Assembly (NCBI GenBank): GCA_023247935.1
Contig: JAHFFM010000002.1
Coordinates: 1-34,743 of the forward strand
Reading direction: 5' to 3'
Origin: Candidatus Omnitrophota bacterium
Lineage (GTDB): Bacteria; Omnitrophota; Gorgyraeia; 2-02-FULL-51-18
DNA length: 34,743 nt
The translations under genes were made by a program, and so were the position numbers. Shown here one piece after another: positions 19,595 to 28,366 of the stretch. The notes beneath the pieces are model-generated. The model did no database searches, had not been told where the DNA came from, and was given only the letters and a program-made list of their open reading frames with translations. Position 1 is the stretch's first letter; each line of letters begins with the position of its first letter.

Positions 19595-19624
19595 AGTATA
19601 CACGGGAACCCCCTCCATTTTCAA
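19595..19624 (-). promoter_or_regulatory. Candidate sigma70-like promoter of the giant gene (TTGAAA - 18 nt - TATACT)
   Basis: On the minus strand, TTGAAA lies at 19624-19619 and TATACT at 19600-19595. The -10 is about 70 nt upstream of TTG 19522 and next to a strongly AT-rich tract (19620-19712). This is a pattern match only. Confidence 0.3.
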
Positions 19625-19712
19625 ACATTTAGCCAAAATTTATTTGTTTTTAATTTAATCAAAATTAACTAATTATTACAAATTATTAAAATTAATTTCA
19701 AACTCAAATTCT

Positions 19713-19767
19713 GCAGACTAAGGTGTGCAAACTAAGGATGAGCAGACTAAGGATCGACAAACTAAGG
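19713..19767. repeat. Four direct copies of GCA(A/G)ACTAAGG at 14-15 bp spacing
   Basis: Copies are GCAGACTAAGG 19713-19723, GCAAACTAAGG 19727-19737, GCAGACTAAGG 19742-19752 and ACAAACTAAGG 19757-19767. A degenerate fifth copy, ACAAACTAACGG, lies at 19835-19846. Confidence 0.85.
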
Positions 19768-19801
19768 TAGGTCAGGTTTAAACCTGACCTACCTTAGTTT
19801 G
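19758..19801. repeat. Perfect 44-bp palindrome (22-bp arms, no loop, centre TTTAAA)
   Basis: The sequence is CAAACTAAGGTAGGTCAGGTTT|AAACCTGACCTACCTTAGTTTG. I checked it base by base: all 22 pairs are complementary and pairing breaks at 19757/19802. The left arm is the fourth direct repeat copy. Confidence 0.9.
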
Positions 19802-19856
19802 CAGGCCTTGAGTAAGGGGAGTTTCTCATTGCTAACAAACTAACGGTTAAGGGTAG

Positions 19857-19874
19857 CGCAAACTTTAGTTTGCG
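19857..19874. repeat. 18-bp palindrome CGCAAACT-TT-AGTTTGCG sharing the GCAAACT core
   Basis: Read directly from the sequence. Its half-site is the same as in the direct repeats and the 44-bp palindrome. Confidence 0.8.
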
Positions 19875-19960
19875 TAATTCAGGCAGAGTTCAAAATATCC
19901 AGAAACGCCTTACAAGGGCACTGCGATGCAAGACCCGTCGCCGGATCCGGGACGGTTACG

Positions 19961-19989
19961 TTGACTTGAGATAGGGCATTTTGTATACT
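19961..19989 (+). promoter_or_regulatory. Sigma70-like promoter for the nuo operon (TTGACT - 17 nt - TATACT)
   Basis: TTGACT lies at 19961-19966 and TATACT at 19984-19989, with a 17-nt spacer. It is followed by GGAG (20006-20009) and ATG 20016. Confidence 0.5.
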
Positions 19990-20015
19990 GTGCGGATAAA
20001 CTTTTGGAGTTTTTA

Positions 20016-20381
20016 ATGTCTTTGCTTCATGATTATTCGTACGTCCTCGGCTTTCTGATTATCGGAATCGGCTTCGTTGTCGTCAACAGCATCCTCCCCC
20101 TTCTCTTAAGTCCCAAAAGCCGCGGCTCCCGCGCGAACGACCCTTACGAAAGCGGTGAGGTGCCTATCGGTAACGCGTGGATCCAGTTCGACATCAATTA
20201 TTATCTTTTCGCTTTGATTTTTTTGGCATTCGACGTGGAAGCGGCGTTTTTATTTCCCGTACTCGTCGTCTACCGCTCCATGCTGAGTTGGGCGATGTTT
20301 TTAGAAATCGCCTTATTCTTAGCGCTACTGAGCTTCGCGATACTTTACGCCTGGAAAAAAGGACTTTTTGAATGGAAATAA
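20016..20381 (+). CDS. nuoA: NADH-quinone oxidoreductase subunit A
   Basis: It carries the ND3/NuoA signature ...DPYESGE...[25 protein letters not shown] prefer ATG 20016 (GGAG 6 nt upstream) over the track's TTG 20004, which sits too close to the predicted -10. Confidence 0.9.
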   Translation: MSLLHDYSYVLGFLIIGIGFVVVNSILPLLLSPKSRGSRANDPYESGEVPIGNAWIQFDINYYLFALIFLAFDVEAAFLFPVLVVYRSMLSWAMFLEIALFLALLSFAILYAWKKGLFEWK

Positions 20382-21040
20382 AAGCCGGCCTCGACCACAA
20401 TCCTGAATATTTGAATACACAGTCGCCCGCACCGGGACTGGTCAACATGTTCCGCGTCGAGGATGTTTTAAATCTGGCTCGCGCCAATTCGCTTTGGCCC
20501 CTCACTTTCGGTTTGGCCTGCTGCGCAATTGAGCTCATGGCCGGCGGCGCTGCGCGTTTTGACATGGATCGTTTTGGATTTGGCGTGTTCCGTCCTTCGC
20601 CTCGCCAAGCAGACTTGATGATTGTCGCCGGCACGATTTCCCGCAAGATGGTTCCTTGTATCAAAACTTTGTATGACCAAATGCCCTCCCCCAAATACGT
20701 GATCGCGCTCGGTGGATGCGCCACCGCCGGCGGACCGTTTAAATTTCCCGGCCAATACGGCATTCTTGAAGGCATCGACAAAATTATTCCGGTGAATGTG
20801 TATGTGCCGGGCTGTCCACCGCGTCCCGAAGCGCTGATCGCGGGCATTATGGAACTTCAAAAACAAATTAAGGCTGGAAAAACGCAAGGCGTCATGTCCC
20901 CGGCTTCTTGCAATGACTCTCAGGATGGCCGTCCCGCGGAATACAAAAACGCGATTTCCCGGGCGGATTTCCGCAAACCCGTTCCACCGCCTGCGCCGCC
21001 AGCTCCTCCCGCAGCGGCTGCCGCTCCGACAGCGAGTTAA
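20372..21040 (+). CDS. nuoB: NADH-quinone oxidoreductase subunit B (N2 cluster subunit) with Pro/Ala-rich C-terminal tail
   Basis: Conserved motifs are [28 protein letters not shown] and [11 protein letters not shown] (Cys ligands). It overlaps the nuoA stop by 10 nt. The tail is [21 protein letters not shown]. Confidence 0.9.
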   Translation: MEIKAGLDHNPEYLNTQSPAPGLVNMFRVEDVLNLARANSLWPLTFGLACCAIELMAGGAARFDMDRFGFGVFRPSPRQADLMIVAGTISRKMVPCIKTLYDQMPSPKYVIALGGCATAGGPFKFPGQYGILEGIDKIIPVNVYVPGCPPRPEALIAGIMELQKQIKAGKTQGVMSPASCNDSQDGRPAEYKNAISRADFRKPVPPPAPPAPPAAAAAPTAS

Positions 21041-21044
21041 TCCG

Positions 21045-22682
21045 ATGCCCGCCACACAAACCACGATGAAAGATTGGCTTTTGGAAGTCATTAAGCCCGA
21101 AGAATTGAACGAAAAAGATTTTGTGAAGTCGGGCATTCTCTTTGAAGCGATTGTGCCTCAAAATAAAATCGCCGATGTCGCGCACGAATATTTAAAACAA
21201 GGTTATTTCCTAGAATCCCTCACCGCCGTCGATTTTTCCGACTGCTTTGAGCTCGTTTATCATTTCAACCAGTGGGAAAAAACTTCCCGCTCCGTTATCA
21301 AAGTTTTGATCACCAAAGAATCCAATCAAGCCCCTTCGATCAGCTCGGTTTACAAATCTGCGAATTGGTTTGAGAGAGAAATTTTTGACATGTTCGGCGT
21401 TCAATTCACCGGCCATCCCAATTTAAAACGCATTCTGCTTCCCGAAAGCGCTACGATTTTTCCCCTCTTAAAAAGTTTTAAAGGCGAGGCCAAGGGATCG
21501 GACGTCGTTCAATCCTTAAAGCTCATCGAAGAAGATGCCGCCGAATTTGAAGTGCAAAAAAAAGGGCCCGTTGTCCTCGAGAAAAGCAAAAAAAATGCCA
21601 AAGATTATTATTTGAATCTCGGACCCCAACACCCCAGCACACACGGCGTTTTGAGAGTGCTGCTCCATCTTTCCGGCGAACGCGTTCTCGACGGCGAACC
21701 CGTAATCGGTTATTCGCATCGTCATCACGAAAAAATGATGGAGATTCAAAACTATCTGGCTTGCTGGCCTAATTTTGGTCGTCTCGATTATGTGGGCGCC
21801 ATGAGTTACAACTTTGGCTACGCGCTTCTCATCGAAAAAGCGATGGGTGTCACGCCGCCGCCGCGCGTCGAGTACATTCGCGTACTCACCACCGAGCTCA
21901 ATCGTATCGCGAGCCACCTTTTGTGGATGGGCACTTTCTTGCTCGATCTGGGCGCCTTCACCCCCTTCTTTTATTGCTTCGATGATCGCGAACAGATTTT
22001 AGACATTTTGGAAATGGCCACCGGCGAGCGTCTGACCTACGATTATTTCCGTTTCGGCGGTGTGGATCATGACATTCCCGAAGAAACCGTGCCCGCCGTC
22101 AAAGCGTTTATCGCGCATTTCAAAAAACGCCTCAAAGATTACAACGGACTCGTGACTAAAAATATTATTTTCCAAAAACGCACTCAAGGGCTCGGTATCT
22201 TGACCAAAGAACAGGCGCTGGCATATGGCGTAACCGGTCCGATGCTTCGCGCTTCCGGCGTTTCTTACGATTTGCGCCGCCAAGAACCTTATTCCATCTA
22301 TCCGGAGCTTGATTTTGAAGTACCGACGGCAACCGACGGCGACGTTTATTCCCGCTACTTGGTGCGCAACCGCGAAATTGAAGAGAGTTTAAAAATTATC
22401 GCTCAAATCATCGACAAAATTCCGGCGGGTGAATTCAAATCCGGAAAATTGCCGAAAAATGTGCCCAAAGGCGAATACTATTCGGCCGTCGAAGGTGCGA
22501 GAGGTTCTTTTGGCATCTATCTGGTGAGTGATGGCACGTTAAACCCGTACCGGATCAAACTGCGCACGCCTTCTTTCTCTAATTTGAACGCTTTTATCGA
22601 GCTTTTGCCGGGCTGCCTGATTTCCGACGTGATCGCGGTACTGGGCAGCACCGACATTGTACTTCCGGAGATTGATCGCTGA
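21045..22682 (+). CDS. nuoCD: Fused NADH-quinone oxidoreductase subunits C and D
   Basis: The NuoC motif is NWFEREIFDMFGVQFTGHPNLKRILLPE. The NuoD motifs are LNLGPQHPSTHGVLRVLL and RTPSFSNLNAF...DIVLPEIDR. The start is set at ATG 21045, just after the nuoB stop. The track's upstream extension (20913) overlaps nuoB. Confidence 0.9.
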   Translation: MPATQTTMKDWLLEVIKPEELNEKDFVKSGILFEAIVPQNKIADVAHEYLKQGYFLESLTAVDFSDCFELVYHFNQWEKTSRSVIKVLITKESNQAPSISSVYKSANWFEREIFDMFGVQFTGHPNLKRILLPESATIFPLLKSFKGEAKGSDVVQSLKLIEEDAAEFEVQKKGPVVLEKSKKNAKDYYLNLGPQHPSTHGVLRVLLHLSGERVLDGEPVIGYSHRHHEKMMEIQNYLACWPNFGRLDYVGAMSYNFGYALLIEKAMGVTPPPRVEYIRVLTTELNRIASHLLWMGTFLLDLGAFTPFFYCFDDREQILDILEMATGERLTYDYFRFGGVDHDIPEETVPAVKAFIAHFKKRLKDYNGLVTKNIIFQKRTQGLGILTKEQALAYGVTGPMLRASGVSYDLRRQEPYSIYPELDFEVPTATDGDVYSRYLVRNREIEESLKIIAQIIDKIPAGEFKSGKLPKNVPKGEYYSAVEGARGSFGIYLVSDGTLNPYRIKLRTPSFSNLNAFIELLPGCLISDVIAVLGSTDIVLPEIDR

Positions 22683-23662
22683 TGCCATTTCTCGACTCAC
22701 TCCCATTCGTTTTGCGTGAAATCCTCACGATTGTTATTTATGGGACACTGGTCATTCTCTTTTTGTCGGTAAACGCTCTCTTTTTGGTGTGGGCGGAGAG
22801 AAAAGTGTCCGCTCGCATCCAACTCCGTCGCGGCCCCCTGCATGTGGGTTTTGCGGGCATGCTACAAACCGTCGCCGACGCAATCAAACTTCTTTCCAAA
22901 GAGCTGGTGATTCCAAAACAGTCTGATAAATTTGTCTACCTTCTGGCGCCGGTTCTGGTGTTCGCGCCGATTCTCTCGGCGTTCATCATTATGCCGTTGA
23001 GCTCCAACTTCATTATTCGCGACTTGAATGTCGGATTTCTTTTCGCGTTTTCGCTGACCAATATCTCTTTTATTGGGATTTTTATCGCCGGCTGGTCGTC
23101 TAATTCCAAATACGCGCTCTTAGGTTCGATGCGCGCGGTCGCTCAAAATATTTCTTATGAAATTCCTCTTCTTTTATCCACCATGGGCGTTGTCCTGATC
23201 GCTCAAACAATTAAAATGACTGAGCTGGTGAACGCTCAAGCCAATATTTGGTATGTCGTGCTTCAACCCGTCGCCTTTATTATCTTTATCTGTTCGGCCT
23301 TGGCCGAGGCTAATCGCGCGCCCTTCGACATTCCCGAAGCGGAGTCGGAGCTTGTGGCCGGTTTTCACACCGAATATTCGGGCATGCGTTTCGCGCTTTT
23401 CTTTCTTGGAGAATATTCGGCGATTTTCGTGTCTTCCGCCATCGCGACCACCCTGTTTTTGGGGGGTTGGAGAGGCCCTCTGCTTCCCGGACCCATTTGG
23501 TTCTTGATCAAAGTTTATGCCATCGTTCTAGTCATCATGTGGATACGCTGGACATTTCCGCGTTTGCGCAGTGATCAGCTCATGGCCTTTGCCTGGAAAG
23601 TTTTGATTCCGTTTGCACTCGTGAATCTGTTTTTAACGGCGTTAGTTCTGAAACTTATTTAA
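22682..23662 (+). CDS. nuoH: NADH-quinone oxidoreductase subunit H
   Basis: Motifs are AERKVSARIQLRRGP and NRAPFDIPEAESELVAGFHTEYSGMRFALFFLGEY. Its ATG overlaps the nuoCD TGA. Confidence 0.9.
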   Translation: MPFLDSLPFVLREILTIVIYGTLVILFLSVNALFLVWAERKVSARIQLRRGPLHVGFAGMLQTVADAIKLLSKELVIPKQSDKFVYLLAPVLVFAPILSAFIIMPLSSNFIIRDLNVGFLFAFSLTNISFIGIFIAGWSSNSKYALLGSMRAVAQNISYEIPLLLSTMGVVLIAQTIKMTELVNAQANIWYVVLQPVAFIIFICSALAEANRAPFDIPEAESELVAGFHTEYSGMRFALFFLGEYSAIFVSSAIATTLFLGGWRGPLLPGPIWFLIKVYAIVLVIMWIRWTFPRLRSDQLMAFAWKVLIPFALVNLFLTALVLKLI

Positions 23663-24205
23663 ATGATCAAATATTTGAGCGAAGTATTCAACGGTTTTGT
23701 GGGTCTTATTCAAGGAATGGCGATCACTTTGCGTTACGCCGTCAAGAAACCCGTGACGGTCATCTATCCCAAAGAACGCATCCCAATGAAGCGTTTCAAA
23801 GGACCCATCTCTTTTGTCGTGGAACCAAAAAATGGCGATCATTTGTGCATCGCCTGCAATGCTTGCATCAAAACCTGCCCTTCTCGCTGCATGTCACTCG
23901 AAGCCCGCAAATCGGCGGTGGACGGCAAGCGCGTGCTGACTGATTTTAAAGTCAATTACATGCTCTGCAGTCTCTGCAGTCTTTGTATCGACGTTTGTCC
24001 GACGGACGCGCTCCGGCACGATGATCCTAATTACGACATGGTTTCGTTGACTCAAAAAGAATTGGTGATGGATCTTCTGGAGCCTTTCCGCGTGAAGGGA
24101 ACGCCGCTAACCAAGATCCCGACAGTAGACCCTGCGGCGGCTGTCAAACCGGCGGCTCCCGCAGCTCCGGCCACATCTCCTGCTCCGGAGGCGCCAAAAT
24201 CATGA
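23663..24205 (+). CDS. nuoI: NADH-quinone oxidoreductase subunit I (2x[4Fe-4S]) with Pro/Ala-rich tail
   Basis: The two ferredoxin-type motifs are CIACNACIKTCP and CSLCSLCIDVCP. The tail is PAAAVKPAAPAAPATSPAPEAPKS. Confidence 0.9.
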   Translation: MIKYLSEVFNGFVGLIQGMAITLRYAVKKPVTVIYPKERIPMKRFKGPISFVVEPKNGDHLCIACNACIKTCPSRCMSLEARKSAVDGKRVLTDFKVNYMLCSLCSLCIDVCPTDALRHDDPNYDMVSLTQKELVMDLLEPFRVKGTPLTKIPTVDPAAAVKPAAPAAPATSPAPEAPKS

Positions 24206-24696
24206 ATTTAATGGATGTGATCTTTATGGGAGTGGTCGCGATCACCTTAATCGGTGGTATTTTAGCTGTTTCCCTGAGAAATGTTTTTTATAACGCGCTG
24301 TCTTTGATTCTCTGTCTTTTTGGCGTCGCCTGCCTTTTTATTTATTTGAATAGCGAGTTTTTAGCGATCATGGAAGTGATTATCTATATCGGCGCGATTT
24401 CGATTGCGATTATTTTTGCCATCATGCTTTCTCAGCCGGCGCTCTTGCAGCATGAAAAGAGAGAGCCCAAGAAAATATTCAAAGCTTTTCTGGCGAGTGC
24501 CCTGTTGCTTATCGGCTTGGTCAAAATTATCCGCCACACCGCCTGGCCTATTTCTTCGGTGGAAGGCGATTATGGCGTTCGCGCCATCGGCAAGACTCTT
24601 TTAACCACTCAAGTGCTTGGCTTTGAAGCCGTGTCCTTGGTGCTGTTAGTCGCCATTATCGGAGCGCTTGTCATCTCCAGCAAGGAAACACGCTGA
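24202..24696 (+). CDS. nuoJ: NADH-quinone oxidoreductase subunit J
   Basis: It is a hydrophobic ND6-like protein in the conserved operon position. It overlaps nuoI (ATGA) and nuoK. Confidence 0.8.
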   Translation: MNLMDVIFMGVVAITLIGGILAVSLRNVFYNALSLILCLFGVACLFIYLNSEFLAIMEVIIYIGAISIAIIFAIMLSQPALLQHEKREPKKIFKAFLASALLLIGLVKIIRHTAWPISSVEGDYGVRAIGKTLLTTQVLGFEAVSLVLLVAIIGALVISSKETR

Positions 24697-25007
24697 TGAG
24701 CCAATCCCTGCAAAGCTACCTTTTAATCTCTTCGATTCTTTTGGCGACCGGTGTTTTCGGCCTTCTTTTCCGCCGTAATCTCGTAGCGCTTTTGATATCA
24801 CTGGAGCTTATTTTAAATTCCGCCAGCATCAACTTCATGGCCTTCAATAAATTCACGATGCCCGACAAATCAACCGGCCAGGTTTTTGTTATTTTTATTA
24901 TCGCGTTGGCGGCGGCGGAAGTTTGCATCGGCCTGAGCTTGATTTTACTGCTGTATCGCAAGAAAAATTCCATCAATATCGAAGAAGCAAAGGATTTGCA
25001 AGGTTAA
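24696..25007 (+). CDS. nuoK: NADH-quinone oxidoreductase subunit K
   Basis: It has about 100 aa and three transmembrane segments. The ND4L-like motif is SLELILNSASINF. Operon position supports the call. Confidence 0.85.
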   Translation: MSQSLQSYLLISSILLATGVFGLLFRRNLVALLISLELILNSASINFMAFNKFTMPDKSTGQVFVIFIIALAAAEVCIGLSLILLLYRKKNSINIEEAKDLQG

Positions 25008-26873
25008 ATGGATCTAAAACTTCTCTGGATCATTCAATTAGCGCCTCTGGCGGCCTTTTTAACCATTCAGCTTCTGCCGAATGGGCTTAAAAAGTCAGCG
25101 CCCCTTTTGGGAATGTTCGGAGCCTTGACCGCCGCGCTCTCAAGCTCGATTCTTTTTTGGCAACATCGCGAAGCCCAGGGTTTTCCGCTTCAATTCATCT
25201 ATCCTTGGCTACAAATCAATGACAGCATGGCCGTTGTGGGCTTCCTATTAGATCGACTGAATCTTCTGATGATTTGGCTTGTCACTGTCATCGCCTTTTT
25301 CGTCCAGCTTTTTTCTTATTACTACATGGCCGAGGACAAGTCTCGCGCGCGTTACTTCGGTTTCTTAAGTTTCTTCTCATTTTCCATGACAGGACTGGTG
25401 CTTTCCTGCAATCTGCTTCAAACCTTTCTCTTTTGGGAACTCGTCGGTCTTACCTCGTATCTGTTGATTGGTTTTTGGTTTGAAAAACCGAGTGCCGCGA
25501 CCGCCGCGCGCAAAGCTTTCACCATCAATCGCCTTGGCGATTTGGGATTTTATTTGGGCATTATTCTTCTTTTCTTGTCGCTAGGGACTTTAAATTTCAC
25601 GGAGCTGACCCCCGCTTTGCTTCACGCACATTTTTCTCCGCACATGATCACGATTTTAGGCTTGTTGGTATTCACAGGCGTGATGGGCAAATCTGCTCAA
25701 TTTCCTTTTCATAACTGGCTCCCGGACGCGATGGAAGGTCCTACGCCGGTCAGCGCGCTCATTCACTCGGCCACCATGGTCGCGGCAGGCGTTTTTCTTT
25801 TGTCGCGCGCCTTTGGGCTCTTTGGCGCCTCAGAGACCACACTCTTTATTGTCATGACTATCGGCGCACTCACCGCTTTCACCGGAGCGGCTTTGGCGAC
25901 CATTCAACGCGACATCAAAAAAATCATGGCCTATTCGACCATTAGCCAGCTCGGTCTTATGGTGATGGCCATCGGCGCCGGCTCTCCCACCGCCGGCATG
26001 TTTCACCTGACCACGCACGCGTTTTTTAAATCCCTTTTATTCTTAACCGCCGGCGCCTTCATCCACCATCATCACACCAACGATATTTGGGAAATCGGTC
26101 AAAATGGCGGCAAAAAAAATACACTTCCCGTCCTCACGCTTCTGATTGGCCTAGCGTCGCTTTGCGGCCTGCCTCCCTTCTCAGGGTTTTTCTCAAAAGA
26201 CATGATTTTAGAAACACTCAAAGAACACAACCTGTTCTTTTATGGCGTTGCGATCTTTGTAAGCTTCTTAACCGTTTATTATTCTTTCCGCCTGCTGTTT
26301 GTGATTCTTCTTTCCAAAGAAAAACACCAAGCGCATGGCCATGAGGAGCACGCACATCACTCCTCTCCGACACTTACGCTTTCCATGGCATTACCTTTGA
26401 TATCGCTGGCTTCCATCTCGCTTTATATGGGCTATCTGGGCTCCCCTTTAAATCATTCGCTCTTAGCATGGCTCGGACATGAACACGAAGTTCATTTAAA
26501 TATCGAACTTCTTCTGACAACACTGGGCTTGGTCGCCAGCGGCGGCGCGGTCGCTTGGTGGCAATTTAAAAATCCCGAAGCCGCCGAGAAAAAATTAAAC
26601 GACTCCCGTGGATTTATTTTTACCACGCTCTCCAATAAATTTTATATCGACGACCTCTATCAATTTTTAGTGAAAAAGGTGGGGTTGGGGCTCGCCGCCA
26701 TCCTCAACTGGTTTGACCGCAAATTCGTCAACAATATGATGGTCAACGGCACTTCTTATAGAATTTTAGATTTAGGACGTTTGACTTCCGGGCTCCAAAG
26801 CGGACTGCTTCAGGATTATTTGTCAGTCGCGCTCATGGTGGGGATCCTGGTTGTATTTTTTGTAGTACGGTAA
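25008..26873 (+). CDS. nuoL: NADH-quinone oxidoreductase subunit L
   Basis: It is an antiporter-like subunit with motifs WELVGLTSYLLIGFW, GKSAQFPFHNWLPDAMEGPTPVSALIHSATMV and a long C-terminal extension. Confidence 0.9.
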   Translation: MDLKLLWIIQLAPLAAFLTIQLLPNGLKKSAPLLGMFGALTAALSSSILFWQHREAQGFPLQFIYPWLQINDSMAVVGFLLDRLNLLMIWLVTVIAFFVQLFSYYYMAEDKSRARYFGFLSFFSFSMTGLVLSCNLLQTFLFWELVGLTSYLLIGFWFEKPSAATAARKAFTINRLGDLGFYLGIILLFLSLGTLNFTELTPALLHAHFSPHMITILGLLVFTGVMGKSAQFPFHNWLPDAMEGPTPVSALIHSATMVAAGVFLLSRAFGLFGASETTLFIVMTIGALTAFTGAALATIQRDIKKIMAYSTISQLGLMVMAIGAGSPTAGMFHLTTHAFFKSLLFLTAGAFIHHHHTNDIWEIGQNGGKKNTLPVLTLLIGLASLCGLPPFSGFFSKDMILETLKEHNLFFYGVAIFVSFLTVYYSFRLLFVILLSKEKHQAHGHEEHAHHSSPTLTLSMALPLISLASISLYMGYLGSPLNHSLLAWLGHEHEVHLNIELLLTTLGLVASGGAVAWWQFKNPEAAEKKLNDSRGFIFTTLSNKFYIDDLYQFLVKKVGLGLAAILNWFDRKFVNNMMVNGTSYRILDLGRLTSGLQSGLLQDYLSVALMVGILVVFFVVR

Positions 26874-26899
26874 TCGTTTAAAAAATAAAAGGAATCTTG

Positions 26900-28357
26900 A
26901 TGAATTTCCCGATTCTTTCGGCGATGCTTTTGTGTCCGGTTGTCGGACTTTTTATAGTGCTTCTGACACCGCCCCGCTATGAAAACGTGGTGCGTGTTGT
27001 CTCCGTTCTTTCCGCGGCGGCCTCTTTAGCGCTCTCTATCTGGGTGTGTTTAAAGTTTAATGCTCAAGATGCGTCTTTCCAGATGATTGAGCATATCGAA
27101 TGGGTAAAAAGCTACGGCATTCATTACTCCAATGCGGTGGATGGCCTCAATGTCTCGATGTTGCTTCTAACCTCCATTGTTATTTTCTGCGGCACGTTGG
27201 TGTCTTGGACGGTGACCTACCGCGTCAAAGAGTTTTACGCGAATCTTCTGTTTCTAGTGGCCGGTGTGTTCGGCGTGTTCATGACGACTAATCTTTTCTT
27301 CTTCTTCCTTTTTTATGAAATCGCCGTGATCCCAATGTATCTTTTAATCGTGGTGTGGGGCTCCACCAACAAACAATACGCGGCGATGAAGCTGACACTG
27401 TATCTTCTTTTGGGCTCTGCCCTGATGTTCGCGGGCTTTCTTTATATGTACTCCATGCCCGGCGCTCACACCTTTGATCTAGTGGCCATCAAACAGAATG
27501 TTCATTTCTCGTTTGGAATACAAAAGATTCTTTTCGCGGCTCTCTTTTTAGGCTTTGGAGTCCTGGCCGCCTGTTTCCCCTTCCACATTTGGTCTCCGGA
27601 AGGCCATGTCGCGGCTCCCACCGCCGCGAGCATGTTGCATGCCGGGGTTCTGATGAAACTTGGCGGTTTTGGTATTCTTCGTGTAGGCGTTTATCTCTTG
27701 CCGGAAGGCGCGCATTACTGGGCTCCCACGATCGCTGTGTTGGCGCTCTGCAATATCGTGTACGGCGCCATGGTCGCGACCCAGCAAAAAGATCTAAAAT
27801 TCATTATCGGCTATTCCAGCGTCAGCCACATGGGCATTGTACTCTTGGGTATCGCCACCATGACGCCTACCGGCTTTAACGGCGCGATTTTTCAGATGTT
27901 TTCTCACGGCATCATGACAGCCCTTTTCTTCGCCTGCGTTGGATTTATTTATGATGGTTGTCACACCCGCATGCTGGATGAGCTCGGAGGCCTTTCCAAG
28001 CAAGCGCCGCGTATCTCAGCATTTTTCATCATCGCGGGTCTCTGTGGACTTGGGCTTCCGGGGATGGGAAGTTTTATTGCGGAACTTTTGGTCACTGTCG
28101 CGGCGGTTCAAGTGTACCCGGTCATCGGCGCGGTCTCCATCATCGCACTCTTAATCACCGCTTATTACGTCCTAACTGCGCTGCAAAAAACATTTTACGG
28201 GCCTCTTAATGAAACAACGGCTCATCTCAAGGACATTAACTTTTTTCAATTTATTCCAAGAGCTATCCTCGTCGGATGCCTGTTATTTTTTGGAATATTT
28301 CCTCAAATTTTCATTCAGTGGATTTCTGTTTCCACTAAAGCACTCTTAGGAGCTTAA
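26900..28357 (+). CDS. nuoM: NADH-quinone oxidoreductase subunit M
   Basis: It is an antiporter-like subunit with FPFHIWSPEGHVAAPTAASMLHAGVLMKLGGFG. The start is ATG 26900, with AAGGA 7 nt upstream. Confidence 0.9.
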   Translation: MNFPILSAMLLCPVVGLFIVLLTPPRYENVVRVVSVLSAAASLALSIWVCLKFNAQDASFQMIEHIEWVKSYGIHYSNAVDGLNVSMLLLTSIVIFCGTLVSWTVTYRVKEFYANLLFLVAGVFGVFMTTNLFFFFLFYEIAVIPMYLLIVVWGSTNKQYAAMKLTLYLLLGSALMFAGFLYMYSMPGAHTFDLVAIKQNVHFSFGIQKILFAALFLGFGVLAACFPFHIWSPEGHVAAPTAASMLHAGVLMKLGGFGILRVGVYLLPEGAHYWAPTIAVLALCNIVYGAMVATQQKDLKFIIGYSSVSHMGIVLLGIATMTPTGFNGAIFQMFSHGIMTALFFACVGFIYDGCHTRMLDELGGLSKQAPRISAFFIIAGLCGLGLPGMGSFIAELLVTVAAVQVYPVIGAVSIIALLITAYYVLTALQKTFYGPLNETTAHLKDINFFQFIPRAILVGCLLFFGIFPQIFIQWISVSTKALLGA

Positions 28358-28366
28358 GCGACCAAA

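Noticed and set aside
19713-19767. The regularly spaced direct repeats could be a CRISPR array.
   Set aside because: The repeats are only 11 bp with 3-4 bp between them, there are only four or five copies, and no cas genes are present. This is not CRISPR-like.
19933-19958. A GC-rich segment containing CCGGATCCGG and CCGTC...GACGG just upstream of the nuo -35 could be a terminator or riboswitch-like hairpin.
   Set aside because: Only short or imperfect pairing is present, there is no U-tract, and there is no upstream gene on this strand to terminate. It may be an operator, but the evidence is too weak.
20913-21044. The upstream extension of the nuoCD ORF given in the track (start 20913).
   Set aside because: The extension overlaps the nuoB coding region in another frame and encodes Arg/Pro-rich sequence. 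ATG 21045, immediately after the nuoB stop, gives a normal NuoC N-terminus.
20194-21185. Long antisense or overlapping ORFs (20194-20847, 20468-21136, 20892-21185) opposite nuoB/nuoCD.
   Set aside because: They overlap genes with unmistakable conserved complex I motifs. Their translations are Arg/Gly/Pro-rich shadow sequence typical of the reverse strand of GC-rich coding DNA.
25990-26360. His-rich patches in NuoL (FIHHHHTNDIWEIG; HQAHGHEEHAHH) could be unusual insertions.
   Set aside because: They align with positions that are normally His-rich in NuoL/ND5 (around the HxxxEQDIRxMGG region and before the C-terminal extension). They are probably ordinary family variation.
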